A stretch of DNA of 56,737 nt from Candidatus Saccharimonadales bacterium (lineage in GTDB: Bacteria > Patescibacteriota > Saccharimonadia > Saccharimonadales > JACQNP01). Below are positions 1-11,817 of this stretch, piece after piece (position 1 is the stretch's first letter; every line of letters starts with the position of its first letter). The notes under the pieces were generated by a model, which did not search any database, was not told where the DNA came from, and was given only the letters and a program-made list of their open reading frames with translations. The position numbers and the translations under genes are program-made. The DNA is taken from positions 1 through 56,737 of the forward strand of contig JBGSIS010000003.1 in NCBI GenBank assembly GCA_041742395.1, read 5' to 3'.

Positions 1-380
1 AGGTTGAATGTGGCAATATTTCCAGGCGTGACGTTAGTAGATAAGTTTTTTCCACTAGCATTCCAGACTTCTGGTCCTGTTCTGAATTCTGCTAGAGCTA
101 TTCCAAAAGCACCAGCAAATGTAGACGATCCAACGTTTTTAATTCTAACTTTTGCAGTGAATACTTCTCCCGGCCTAACTGATGTTTTACTGGGCGTATT
201 TTCTATGCAGGCTGCTCGATGGATAGGGTCGGTTACATATGGAGCGGCTGCTTTGGTGCTTAATAACAAGAAAATTCCACCAATTATTCCAAAAATTAAA
301 AAGAAAATTAAAAAATGTATTTTTTTAGATTTTTTAACTTTGACTTTTGATTTGCTTTTAGCTCTTGATGTTTTTGGCAT
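1..380 (-). CDS. Exported protein with Ig-like domain, runs off the window edge (not in ORF track)
   Basis: Manual minus-strand translation from ATG at 380: MPKTSRAKSKSKVKVKKSKKIHFLIFFLIFGIIGGIFLLLSTKAAAP...VRPGEVFTAKVRIKNVGSSTF...VTPGNIATFN; basic N-terminus, TM/signal segment, NBR1-Ig/CARDB-like motifs. Confidence 0.8.
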   Translation of the reverse strand, partial: MPKTSRAKSKSKVKVKKSKKIHFLIFFLIFGIIGGIFLLLSTKAAAPYVTDPIHRAACIENTPSKTSVRPGEVFTAKVRIKNVGSSTFAGAFGIALAEFRTGPEVWNASGKNLSTNVTPGNIATFN

Positions 381-461
381 TTTTTCTTTTTTTATTTATC
401 TCGGTTAATTATATAACAAAAGCGAACAGATAACCAAATTAAATCCTAATACATAAGTGTA

Positions 462-490
462 TTGACAAAAAAGCAAAAATAATGTAAGAT
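462..490 (+). promoter_or_regulatory. sigma70-type promoter for the 1066-aa gene
   Basis: TTGACA-17 nt-TAAGAT. Confidence 0.7.
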
Positions 491-561
491 GCATGTCTAA
501 CTCTAGATACGCTTGTTATTAAATTAACAGCCTTGTTTACGAGAGGAAAGGTATTATAACT

Positions 562-3500
562 ATGTCTGAAAAACCAGACTTACATATTGCTGATGAATAT
601 GATCGGATTGTTGAAGAAGTAACAAGAGCAGTTAATCTCCGCGTTACGGAAATTGAGAACGCGCCATTTATTCCAGAACAACCTCGTTGGAAAGACTCTG
701 GAGAACCAAGATTAGTTTTACCTTTTGTACAAATACCCAAAAATGGAGATATTAAAGGACACTTTAGTCCTGCCTCGAAAAGAAGTGCATATGAAATTCT
801 TAAAGAAGATTTAAGTGAAACTAGAGAGCGACTAAGACTAGCTGCTAGAGAGACTTTTATGGTACCAGATGGTGAAAGTGGTATACAGCAAATGCTTGCG
901 ACTCCATACGGAGTAGCTGAAGAGTTACAGAATGGAATAAATGCAACTAAATATGTATTTAGTAGTATTGTTGAGCAAACTGGTGAAGTTCCTAGAAAAG
1001 TGCTTGTTGCTAGTGTTGCTGTGGCTACTTTATTTTCAAGTCTAAATATTATTACAGACAGTAACAATAGGTCCGAACAAGCAATGGGGCCAGACGGTGT
1101 TATAGGTACTGAACTTATTGTCGATAGAAGTGATAAAAATGCCAAAGTTACCTTTAGCCCTGAAAACCAAGATATAAAACTATCCGAGATAGCTGCAGAA
1201 CAACTTTTAGGTGTACCAGAAACTGAAGTTGTTATTGATGGTAATAAAATAAAATATATAGGACAGGCTATGAAATCTTCTGACGAAGAACTAATAGCCG
1301 CAACAATGGAAGCACAAAGACCCGATTTATCAAAAGTTGAAGTTGTCATTGAACCAAAAGTGGAAAAGCCAAAGTTTCCGACAACTCCTGAAGAAAAATT
1401 TTCTGCGGAAATTATCGCTATTGAAGACACTTTAAAACATGCAATCAAAACAGGTGGAGATTTAGGTCCACTAACCCACATGATCGCAAATTCACCAATA
1501 TTCCAACCAAGGTATGACCTGCCCGGTGATCTAGAGAATGGAACGATTCGTGTAATGCCACCAGCAAACTTATTAAATATCGATGGGCTAAAATACGAAT
1601 TTTCACAAGGTGCGCCAGATAAAGAGAGAATGGCTACTAGCAATACTGTTGCCTTAACCCTCGCTACTGCTTATGCATATAATCAATCTATTACTGCGAA
1701 TGAAGAGTATTCAGAAAAGTATGGAGATTCTTGTATAAGAGTTGGTGATTTGTCAGCCGATAAAGATCATGTTTCTCATTTTGGTTCTCAGGTCGACATA
1801 ACTTCAGTTTTAGAATGTGAGTTGATTGAAGGACATGAGATAGCTAATGGCCCAGTTTTTTGGATCAATCATACAGTAGGCGGAATGGATCAAGAAATAT
1901 CTAATCCCGTTCACGATGAAGGTCTTGATAATTTGATGCTACATTTTATCGCTAGTTCTCACATAGAGGGAAAGTCTATTACAGGAAAGATTTTATATAG
2001 TAAGCCAGACACTCCTGATAGGGTAGTCCCTCATGATAATCACAGTAATCACATTCATATAAATGTTGCTCCACCACTAAAAGATTTAGATCTTAAGGAT
2101 TTTGCTGAAGGCGGCGATAGACCGGAGAGAAACCTAGATCAACTACGTGGCCAAATTTCAGCAGACTATAACGCAGGCTTAGGTGTAGAGGGTATATCAA
2201 TAATACCAAAATCAAAAGAAGAAATTGTTAATTCAAATGAAAATCTTACTTTAGAACTTAGTCCTGATGCAGTAAAAGTATTAGATGGATTTATGCCAAA
2301 GATTGAAGAGCTGAAGTCAGTGTATCAAGAAATAGAGAAACAGACTGGGGTTCCATGGCAATTAATGGCCGCACTTCATAATCGAGAAGGAGGAAATAGG
2401 TCTGATGCTTCTATGTTTGCTGGCGAAAAAATCGGTAGTATTAATCCAGATCATGACACACCTATTGGTTCAAGTTTGCTAGAAAACGGAATAAATGCAG
2501 CTGAACACTTCAAGTTAATGTCTAATAGTATTTACGGTGTCGAGGTTTCTTCGAATATGACAAATGAACAGCTTCAGTATGCGTTTCTAGCTTACAACAG
2601 AGGCAACATGTATAAAAATGCCAAAGATTATATTGGCAGAGAAATGACCCCTCAAGAATCACCTTATGTTATGAATGGTCTAGTTGGTTACGAAAATATG
2701 CTTTGGCCAAACAAAGGGAATTACAGTAAGTCAAACTCAAGAGACAGTTGGGGTGAACCAAACTCCGTACAAGGAAAGCCCAATAAGCAACTTGGAGCTA
2801 TTAGCGTTGCAATTGGTCTTGGGTTTGGATCACAACGTAGCCAACCTTCACAGAACAGAATTTTGGTTTTAACTGGTGATTCTTTAACTGTTGGGCTTGA
2901 TGAAAATCATGCAAACATTCAAGAAATGGATATTGATTTCGGCGTCAATGTAATTGCACTTAATGCCAGGGGGGGTAGACCCTTATCTCGAGGACAGGAT
3001 AGCGGAATGGATTCAATTGAAGGGTTGATTACCGCAGGAAAAATCCAGGATGCAGATGTTGTTTATTTAGCTTATGGAACAAACTTTGAAGAAAAGATAC
3101 AGTTTGAGCAAAATCTACGAAAAGCTATTGCAAGAATACATGAAGTTTCTGACGCAAAAGTCGTGATGCCATTAATTTTCTCACAAGTTAAATATAGACA
3201 TTCCAGAAATGAAATTATTATGAACGTAGCTAAAGAAACAGGGTCTGAAGTTATTAATCCGGGAGATGGATTATCACTTAGCGATGGTCTTCACCCTAGT
3301 CCAGATGGCTATCGAGAAATGGCTAAAAGAATTCTAGATGAAGTTTCAAAGATGGATTTTACTCCTGAACCAATAAATACTGCACCTTTAGCGCAACCGG
3401 CTGTGCCAGTAGAACCGTCCAGCGATAAACCTGTAGAAACTATAGATACACCAGAAGAACAAGATTCTGCAGATAATAAGCCTATTACTGAATTTGAAAA

Positions 3501-3762
3501 AAATGAATCAAATGAAACTCCAGAAGAGACAGAAAATAAACAGGAAGAAATTTGGTTTAGTGAACAAAGTGCTAGAAAGGTATATGAAGTCTGGTTTACT
3601 GAAAAGGAAGAAACCGAAAGTGGAGAAATAATTTTTAAGGTAAATGAACAATCTCTTGATAATTGGATGACAAGTAATGTTAAGTCTGAAGAACGTGAAG
3701 GAAAAACAGTTTATCAGATTGATTTTAATAATGTTCCAACTGAAACTGAGCGAGGAGAATAA
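562..3762 (+). CDS. Membrane-anchored multidomain putative peptidoglycan hydrolase (MepA-like peptidase + lysozyme-like + SGNH/GDSL esterase)
   Basis: TM segment VLVASVAVATLF; RVGDLS..HVSH..G..VDI and HSNHIH; TGVPWQLMAALHNREGG...AYN.G...SPYV; GDSL, GTN, DGLHP. Confidence 0.7.
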   Translation: MSEKPDLHIADEYDRIVEEVTRAVNLRVTEIENAPFIPEQPRWKDSGEPRLVLPFVQIPKNGDIKGHFSPASKRSAYEILKEDLSETRERLRLAARETFMVPDGESGIQQMLATPYGVAEELQNGINATKYVFSSIVEQTGEVPRKVLVASVAVATLFSSLNIITDSNNRSEQAMGPDGVIGTELIVDRSDKNAKVTFSPENQDIKLSEIAAEQLLGVPETEVVIDGNKIKYIGQAMKSSDEELIAATMEAQRPDLSKVEVVIEPKVEKPKFPTTPEEKFSAEIIAIEDTLKHAIKTGGDLGPLTHMIANSPIFQPRYDLPGDLENGTIRVMPPANLLNIDGLKYEFSQGAPDKERMATSNTVALTLATAYAYNQSITANEEYSEKYGDSCIRVGDLSADKDHVSHFGSQVDITSVLECELIEGHEIANGPVFWINHTVGGMDQEISNPVHDEGLDNLMLHFIASSHIEGKSITGKILYSKPDTPDRVVPHDNHSNHIHINVAPPLKDLDLKDFAEGGDRPERNLDQLRGQISADYNAGLGVEGISIIPKSKEEIVNSNENLTLELSPDAVKVLDGFMPKIEELKSVYQEIEKQTGVPWQLMAALHNREGGNRSDASMFAGEKIGSINPDHDTPIGSSLLENGINAAEHFKLMSNSIYGVEVSSNMTNEQLQYAFLAYNRGNMYKNAKDYIGREMTPQESPYVMNGLVGYENMLWPNKGNYSKSNSRDSWGEPNSVQGKPNKQLGAISVAIGLGFGSQRSQPSQNRILVLTGDSLTVGLDENHANIQEMDIDFGVNVIALNARGGRPLSRGQDSGMDSIEGLITAGKIQDADVVYLAYGTNFEEKIQFEQNLRKAIARIHEVSDAKVVMPLIFSQVKYRHSRNEIIMNVAKETGSEVINPGDGLSLSDGLHPSPDGYREMAKRILDEVSKMDFTPEPINTAPLAQPAVPVEPSSDKPVETIDTPEEQDSADNKPITEFEKNESNETPEETENKQEEIWFSEQSARKVYEVWFTEKEETESGEIIFKVNEQSLDNWMTSNVKSEEREGKTVYQIDFNNVPTETERGE

Positions 3763-3764
3763 AT

Positions 3765-4655
3765 ATGGCACATAGACCTTATGATCAAGATGAAATAACA
3801 CCTGAAGGAATGGGAAGGTATGTTATTGATCAACCGCAGTCAAAATTTCAAGAGCTGCCATCAGAACATAGAGATAGTGATGTAAGACAACCAGAAGTAG
3901 TTACAGTGTTGCATGAGCATCGTAATAAACTTGGTGCAATGCAAAAAATTAAAAGAATTGGTCTGGCCGTTCTTGTCGCGGTCGGTAGTTATGCAGGATA
4001 TCGGGCGGTTAATTTTACAGCTGAAGTTGCTCCTAAACCTCAAGAATCGTTTGATATTGATGGTTTTAGGCAAGCAGTCAGCACAAAAGATACTGTAGCT
4101 ACTGGTCAAGTTCTATCGTCTGCAGATGTTCGATCAGAATATAATTTTTGGTGGGGAAACGCAGAGTGTGAAGGAGATATTAAAGGATATCAAAACTTTT
4201 TCATGATTTCACAAGAAGATGGAACAAACATTAGTTTAGAAGGCAAAAGGATAATTGTAGAGCTTGAGGAAAACGATATAGTTGTTGATGAACAGACTAT
4301 ATCTTTGCCTGATGCCAAAAAGGTTTGTGAAGCTAATATAGTCGGTCGACAAGGTATTTTTAAAGATGAAACTAAAGCTTTTGGTGTTATCACTGATAAA
4401 GGACCTTCTGAATTCAGGGAACAAACAGAAGTACAAAATCCAAGCGAACTTTTAGCCCTAAACGACGGTGAACTTGGCATTCAGTTGGCGCAATCAGCAG
4501 CTTCTACTTACCAGAATATTGGTGGCAAAATACTTGAAATAGCCGACTCTGATCTAACCTTAGAGTTTACTTATAACGGCGAAATTATAAAGCCTTCGAA
4601 TGAAAACACATTATCAGTAGATGTTCAGGCAGATAGATTAGACTTAAGGGAATAG
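3765..4655 (+). CDS. Hypothetical single-TM protein (loosely DUF4230-like)
   Basis: 296-aa ORF starting 3 nt after the previous stop, SD GAGGAG, one TM segment. Confidence 0.6.
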   Translation: MAHRPYDQDEITPEGMGRYVIDQPQSKFQELPSEHRDSDVRQPEVVTVLHEHRNKLGAMQKIKRIGLAVLVAVGSYAGYRAVNFTAEVAPKPQESFDIDGFRQAVSTKDTVATGQVLSSADVRSEYNFWWGNAECEGDIKGYQNFFMISQEDGTNISLEGKRIIVELEENDIVVDEQTISLPDAKKVCEANIVGRQGIFKDETKAFGVITDKGPSEFREQTEVQNPSELLALNDGELGIQLAQSAASTYQNIGGKILEIADSDLTLEFTYNGEIIKPSNENTLSVDVQADRLDLRE

Positions 4656-4700
4656 ACTGTTATAATCTATAACCTTGTAGTTAAAAATAAAGGAGAATAA

Positions 4701-5213
4701 TTGGAAATACCACATAAACTAGGACGACCTTCAGCAAATCCTGAAGAATCATACATACCGTACTTGCCCGCTATTGAGTCTGGTCTAATCGAACTAGAAA
4801 GTGTCAAAGTAAATAAACCACAAGATGCTGCTCTTTCTATTATTAACGGAAAAATGCCCCAAAAAGGTGGAGTTGTTAAACTTTCAGACGATTCTCATGG
4901 AGCGTTTGACTTGGTGGCTTTGAAGCATGGATCAGATAAAGAACTTGTACTTTTTCCTACTTCAAAGGATGCAGTGTGTGATGATAACGATGAAATTAGA
5001 AATACAGGTCTAGTAATTTTTAGTACAGACGAAGGACTAATTAAACCATTTGCTTTTGTAGATAGGGCTAGTAGAGCAATTTGGCGGCCAGAAGAATATA
5101 GAAATTTCGGCTCGGTATCACTAAGGTTTCTAGGCCTTTCAAGTAGCTATGAAGCTGTAGAGGTTGAGAGTAGTGGGGTTATTGTTGCTAGAAAACCAAT
5201 GCGTTATTTTTGA
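4701..5213 (+). CDS. Hypothetical protein
   Basis: 170-aa ORF, TTG start preceded by AAGGAG. Confidence 0.6.
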   Translation: MEIPHKLGRPSANPEESYIPYLPAIESGLIELESVKVNKPQDAALSIINGKMPQKGGVVKLSDDSHGAFDLVALKHGSDKELVLFPTSKDAVCDDNDEIRNTGLVIFSTDEGLIKPFAFVDRASRAIWRPEEYRNFGSVSLRFLGLSSSYEAVEVESSGVIVARKPMRYF

Positions 5214-5272
5214 TTAATAGATTACAGATAAAATATTTCTGCTAAAATATAATCTGTCTAGCAAATATTTAT

Positions 5273-5346
5273 GGCGCCGTGGCCGAGGGGTTAGGCAGGG
5301 CTCTGCAAAAGCTCGTACAGCGGTTCAAATCCGCTCGGTGCCTCCA
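5273..5346 (+). tRNA. tRNA-Cys(GCA)
   Basis: Acceptor GGCGCCG/CGGTGCC, anticodon arm GGGCT-CTGCAAA-AGCTC, T-loop TTCAAAT, U73, encoded CCA. Confidence 0.95.
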
Positions 5347-5792
5347 GTTAGATTTTTATACCATCCAAATTCTCGAGATGTTTTTCTTTTATGGCAGTTT
5401 GCACACATAACTTGACACTTATCAATTTCTGCCAAAACTCTATCCCACCTATATCCTAGTTTTACTGACTGCGAAATCGAGAAAGACTTGGTATTTAGAT
5501 CTATATGGTCAAACTCGAGTACTACAGGGTCAGATATTTTACAGATCACGCATGACTTATCACTCAAAAAGTCTAACAGGTTATTTCTGTATTCGGTTTT
5601 TAGTTTTGTGCGTCGCTCTTTAGCTCTTTTCCTGTATTCATCTCTGTATTTTTCATAGTGCTCTGAGTAATAATGCTGTCTTTGGACTTTATAGCAGTTT
5701 TTACACTGAGTGTGTAATTTACCACGAGTCTTGTCTTTGACAAAAAAGTCTGAAACTGTTTTTGCTTGTTTGCACTTAGTACAAATCTTCAT
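5325..5792 (-). CDS. HNH endonuclease with zinc-finger motifs
   Basis: CTKC..CKNC, CVIC..LEFDHID..K..CQVMCANCH. Confidence 0.85.
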   Translation of the reverse strand: MKICTKCKQAKTVSDFFVKDKTRGKLHTQCKNCYKVQRQHYYSEHYEKYRDEYRKRAKERRTKLKTEYRNNLLDFLSDKSCVICKISDPVVLEFDHIDLNTKSFSISQSVKLGYRWDRVLAEIDKCQVMCANCHKRKTSREFGWYKNLTGGTERI

Positions 5793-5850
5793 AGTATTAT
5801 TATACTATACTTGTAGTTTGCAGACATATTGTATAATCTATAATCGATGT

Positions 5851-5938
5851 GGGCGAGTGGCGGAACTGGTATACGCGACGGACTTAAAATCCGTTGGCTG
5901 AATAAGCCTTGAGGGTTCGAGTCCCTCCTCGCCCACCA
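5851..5938 (+). tRNA. tRNA-Leu(TAA)
   Basis: Acceptor GGGCGAG/CTCGCCC, ACGGA-CTTAAAA-TCCGT, long variable arm, TTCGAGT, CCA. Confidence 0.95.
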
Positions 5939-5954
5939 AATATAAGGATTGGTT

Positions 5955-5982
5955 AAAAAACTAGCAAAAAGCTAGTTTTTTT
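5955..5982 (+). terminator. Intrinsic terminator after tRNA-Leu
   Basis: AAAAAACTAGC-AAAAA-GCTAGTTTTTTT. Confidence 0.75.
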
Positions 5983-6046
5983 GTTTGTAATTGACCTGAT
6001 TAAGAGGTTATACTTAGAATATAAATATAAGAGGGAGTATTAATTC

Positions 6047-6619
6047 ATGAGCATTGCCTTAATCGCTGTTTTAGCAGTAGCCGGACTATTTATAATCTGG
6101 TTGATTGCGATATATAACGGCTTAGTAAAACTTAACGTAAGAGTAGATGAAGCTTGGAGCGATATAACTGTACAGCTAAAACGACGTGCGGACTTAATAC
6201 CTAATCTTGTAAATACTGTTAAAGGTTACGCTAAACACGAAAGCAAAGTGTTTGAAGACGTAACAAAGGCTCGATCTGCTGTAATGGAAGCAAGCGACAA
6301 AGGACCTGCAGAAACCGGCAAAGCCGAGAATATGTTCCAGTCAGCAATGAAAAGCTTATTTGCTGTTGCAGAAGCCTATCCTGACTTGAAGGCAAGTGAA
6401 AATTTTAAGCACCTACAAGAGGAATTAGTTGATACAGAAGATAAAATTCAAGCAGCTAGAAGATTTTATAATGGTTCATCTAGAGACCTAAATATTAAGG
6501 TTAAGACTTTTCCAAATAATATATTTGCAGGAATGTTTGGGTTTAAAGAGCGAGAATTCTTCGATGTCGATGAAGCTGAAGCAGCAAATATAAGTAAACC
6601 ATCAGAAGTTAGCTTTTAA
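6047..6619 (+). CDS. lemA: LemA family protein
   Basis: YNGLV..AWSDI.VQLKRRADLIPNLV..AEAYPDLKAS..AARRFYN. Confidence 0.95.
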   Translation: MSIALIAVLAVAGLFIIWLIAIYNGLVKLNVRVDEAWSDITVQLKRRADLIPNLVNTVKGYAKHESKVFEDVTKARSAVMEASDKGPAETGKAENMFQSAMKSLFAVAEAYPDLKASENFKHLQEELVDTEDKIQAARRFYNGSSRDLNIKVKTFPNNIFAGMFGFKEREFFDVDEAEAANISKPSEVSF

Positions 6620-6657
6620 CTTAAGTTAACTTAGCTCACTCACTAAGATTGTAAGTT

Positions 6658-7527
6658 ATGTACTCTGAAATATCAGCCAACAAGAGAAAAACCGTCTTTA
6701 TGATGTTCTTGTTTGTCATATTGGTTGGTGCTCTTGGTTGGCTTTTTGGACTTTATATAGGTGATCAATTCGTTACGGTTTACGTTTTGATCGGTGCAGT
6801 AGTATATGCGTTTTTCAGTTTTATGATGTCTTCAAGAACTGCGTTGGCAATCAATGGGGCGCATCAAATTGAAAAGAAAGATAATCCACGACTTTGGAGA
6901 ATAGTCGAAAACTTAGCCATAACAGAAGGTTTACCTATGCCTAAAGTTTATATTATGGAAGATCCAGCTCCCAATGCATTTGCCACTGGCATAAATCCCA
7001 ATAAAGCTTCTGTGGCAGTAACTACTGGTCTATTAGATATTATGAGTGATGCTGAGTTGCAAGGTGTAATGGCTCACGAGCTTGGTCATGTAAAAAACTA
7101 TGATATTCGTGTATCGATGATAGCTTTTGCTTTGGTTGCGGTTATTGGAATAATTGCAGACATTATGCTCAGAATGGCATGGTTTAGAGATGATGACGAT
7201 ACTAACCAAATAGGTTTCATAGTGGGAATAATTGGTGCAATTTTAGCACCCTTTGCAGCCATGCTTATACAAATGTCAATATCTCGAAAAAGGGAGTACT
7301 TAGCCGATGCAACAGGTGCGTTGATTACGAGGTATCCAGAAGGTCTCGCTAGTGCCCTAGAAAAAATAGCAAAGTCGGGAAGCGCAATGAAGAAGCAGAA
7401 TTCTTCAACTGCTCACCTTTTTTTCGCTAACCCATTGAAAGGGAAAAAGATAGCTAGTATGTTTAGTACTCATCCGCCAATTGAAGATAGAGTTAAAAAG
7501 CTTAGACAATTGGAAAATCTTAGCTAG
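6658..7527 (+). CDS. htpX: M48 zinc metalloprotease HtpX
   Basis: PNAFATG, HELGH, SRKREYLAD, FSTHPP; lemA-htpX pairing. Confidence 0.93.
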   Translation: MYSEISANKRKTVFMMFLFVILVGALGWLFGLYIGDQFVTVYVLIGAVVYAFFSFMMSSRTALAINGAHQIEKKDNPRLWRIVENLAITEGLPMPKVYIMEDPAPNAFATGINPNKASVAVTTGLLDIMSDAELQGVMAHELGHVKNYDIRVSMIAFALVAVIGIIADIMLRMAWFRDDDDTNQIGFIVGIIGAILAPFAAMLIQMSISRKREYLADATGALITRYPEGLASALEKIAKSGSAMKKQNSSTAHLFFANPLKGKKIASMFSTHPPIEDRVKKLRQLENLS

Positions 7528-10484
<2,957 letters not shown>

Positions 10485-10517
10485 CAAAAATATAATTTGT
10501 TATAAGCTTAAGCTATA

Positions 10518-10591
10518 TCGTGCGCACAGCGGCGACTGTTTGAAACAAAAATAAAAAAAACAAACTCCCGCCGCAGGGTGGGCGCGCACGA
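10518..10591 (+). ncRNA. Candidate structured small RNA of unknown family
   Basis: Nested stems TCGTGCGC/GCGCACGA, GCGGCG/CGCCGC, GTTTG/CAAAC around an 18-nt A-rich loop; TTGACA(10481)-16 nt-TAAGCT upstream; terminator downstream. Confidence 0.6.
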
Positions 10592-10592
10592 G

Positions 10593-10623
10593 ATAGAGAT
10601 CTGTCGACAGATCTCTATTTTTT
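10593..10623 (+). terminator. Intrinsic terminator (perfect 26-bp palindrome + T tract)
   Basis: ATAGAGATCTGTCGACAGATCTCTAT followed by TTTTT. Confidence 0.8.
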
Positions 10624-10647
10624 GTGTAAAATATTTTGGTAAATAAC

Positions 10648-10724
10648 GGGGATATAGCTCAGTTGATTAGAGCGCTACGCTGGCAGCGTAGAGGTCCGGG
10701 GTTTGAGTCCCCGTATCTCCACCA
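10648..10724 (+). tRNA. tRNA-Ala(GGC)
   Basis: GGGGATA/TATCTCC with G3:U70, CTACG-CTGGCAG-CGTAG, CCA; atypical T-loop TTTGAGT. Confidence 0.93.
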
Positions 10725-10732
10725 AATATACA

Positions 10733-10755
10733 GCTGGACATATAGTCCAGTTTTT
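10733..10755 (+). terminator. Intrinsic terminator after tRNA-Ala
   Basis: GCTGGAC-ATATA-GTCCAG-TTTTT. Confidence 0.65.
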
Positions 10756-10847
10756 CATTTAAAATACTTGACGATGATAAATATTAAATGTTGTGACAAA
10801 TACCGTTTTGGTGTTATCTGGTAGTGAATACTGATACAATTAACTCT

Positions 10848-11777
10848 ATGATTGGGAAAATTAATAAATCTAATAAATCATTTTCGAAGTTTAACTACGC
10901 TTTGCTTGTAAAAGCCATAATTGTTATATCAATTGTAATATTTGCATTTTCTTCTGTTTTTTGGTGGCGAGAAGTTAGAAATAACCCCGAGAACCTGTTC
11001 AATTCAATGCTTAATAATAACTTGAAAACAGCAAGCGTAACTCGGACCGTCACTCAAGATAACGGTTCCCAAAAGCTTGAGCAAATTATGAGAATACAGA
11101 ATAGGACTCAACACATTACTAATGGCAAGACAACAATTACACAGGATAATGGCTCGACGGTTATTGTGACTGAAAGCATTGGTCAGCCTAATGTTGAATT
11201 TATTAAATACACAAAAATTGACACTAATCAAAAGGGTGCAAAAGGCAATAAACTAGATTTTGGAGAAGTTCTTAATACTTGGGGTGAAAATAAATCAGAA
11301 TCTAATGATCAGCTAACTGAATTGTATCAAGATGTAACAATCGGTAATTTATTTATGTTTGCTGATTTGGGTAAGCAAGATAGACAAACTATGTTGAATC
11401 AAATAAAAGATAACAATGTCTATGAAGTTGATTATAATGACGTTAAAAGAACTTCTCTTGATGGCCGAAAAAAAGTTAGCTATAAGGTAAAGCTAAACCC
11501 TAAACAATATATATCAATGGTAAAAGAGTACGGTAAAATGGTTGGATTGACGCAGTTTGAAAGTTTGAACCCTGATGATTATTCAGATTCAAAACCAATT
11601 ACATTTGCAGTTACTATAGATGTACTTTCTCAAAGGGTAGAAGCAACCAGATCAGCAGATGGTGCTAATGTTCAAACTTTTAATGGCTATGGAGTAATTG
11701 AAAACATTGAATTACCAAAAGATTATATTCCGGCTACTGAACTACAAAAGAGATTGACAGAAAAAGCTAGCGCTTAG
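10848..11777 (+). CDS. Membrane-anchored exported protein, possible LolA/LppX-like fold
   Basis: N-terminal TM, beta-rich body, C-terminal IELP; start reassigned to ATG 10848, 7 nt after TACAAT. Confidence 0.65.
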   Translation: MIGKINKSNKSFSKFNYALLVKAIIVISIVIFAFSSVFWWREVRNNPENLFNSMLNNNLKTASVTRTVTQDNGSQKLEQIMRIQNRTQHITNGKTTITQDNGSTVIVTESIGQPNVEFIKYTKIDTNQKGAKGNKLDFGEVLNTWGENKSESNDQLTELYQDVTIGNLFMFADLGKQDRQTMLNQIKDNNVYEVDYNDVKRTSLDGRKKVSYKVKLNPKQYISMVKEYGKMVGLTQFESLNPDDYSDSKPITFAVTIDVLSQRVEATRSADGANVQTFNGYGVIENIELPKDYIPATELQKRLTEKASA

Positions 11778-11817
11778 AATATATCTAACATATAATTGAT
11801 CTATAAATTAAATATAG

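Noticed and set aside
4-408. 134-aa plus-strand ORF
   Set aside because: Shadow of the minus-strand exported protein starting at 380
537-1643. 368-aa antisense ORF inside the 1066-aa gene
   Set aside because: Ser/Phe/Ile-rich codon-mirror composition typical of shadow ORFs; no motifs
5710-5901. Short ORFs overlapping tRNAs (also 10636-10824 and 39661-39900)
   Set aside because: Chance frames through tRNA genes
6616-6647. Palindrome TTAACTTAAGTTAA between lemA and htpX
   Set aside because: AT-only and short; not a CIRCE match; plausible by chance
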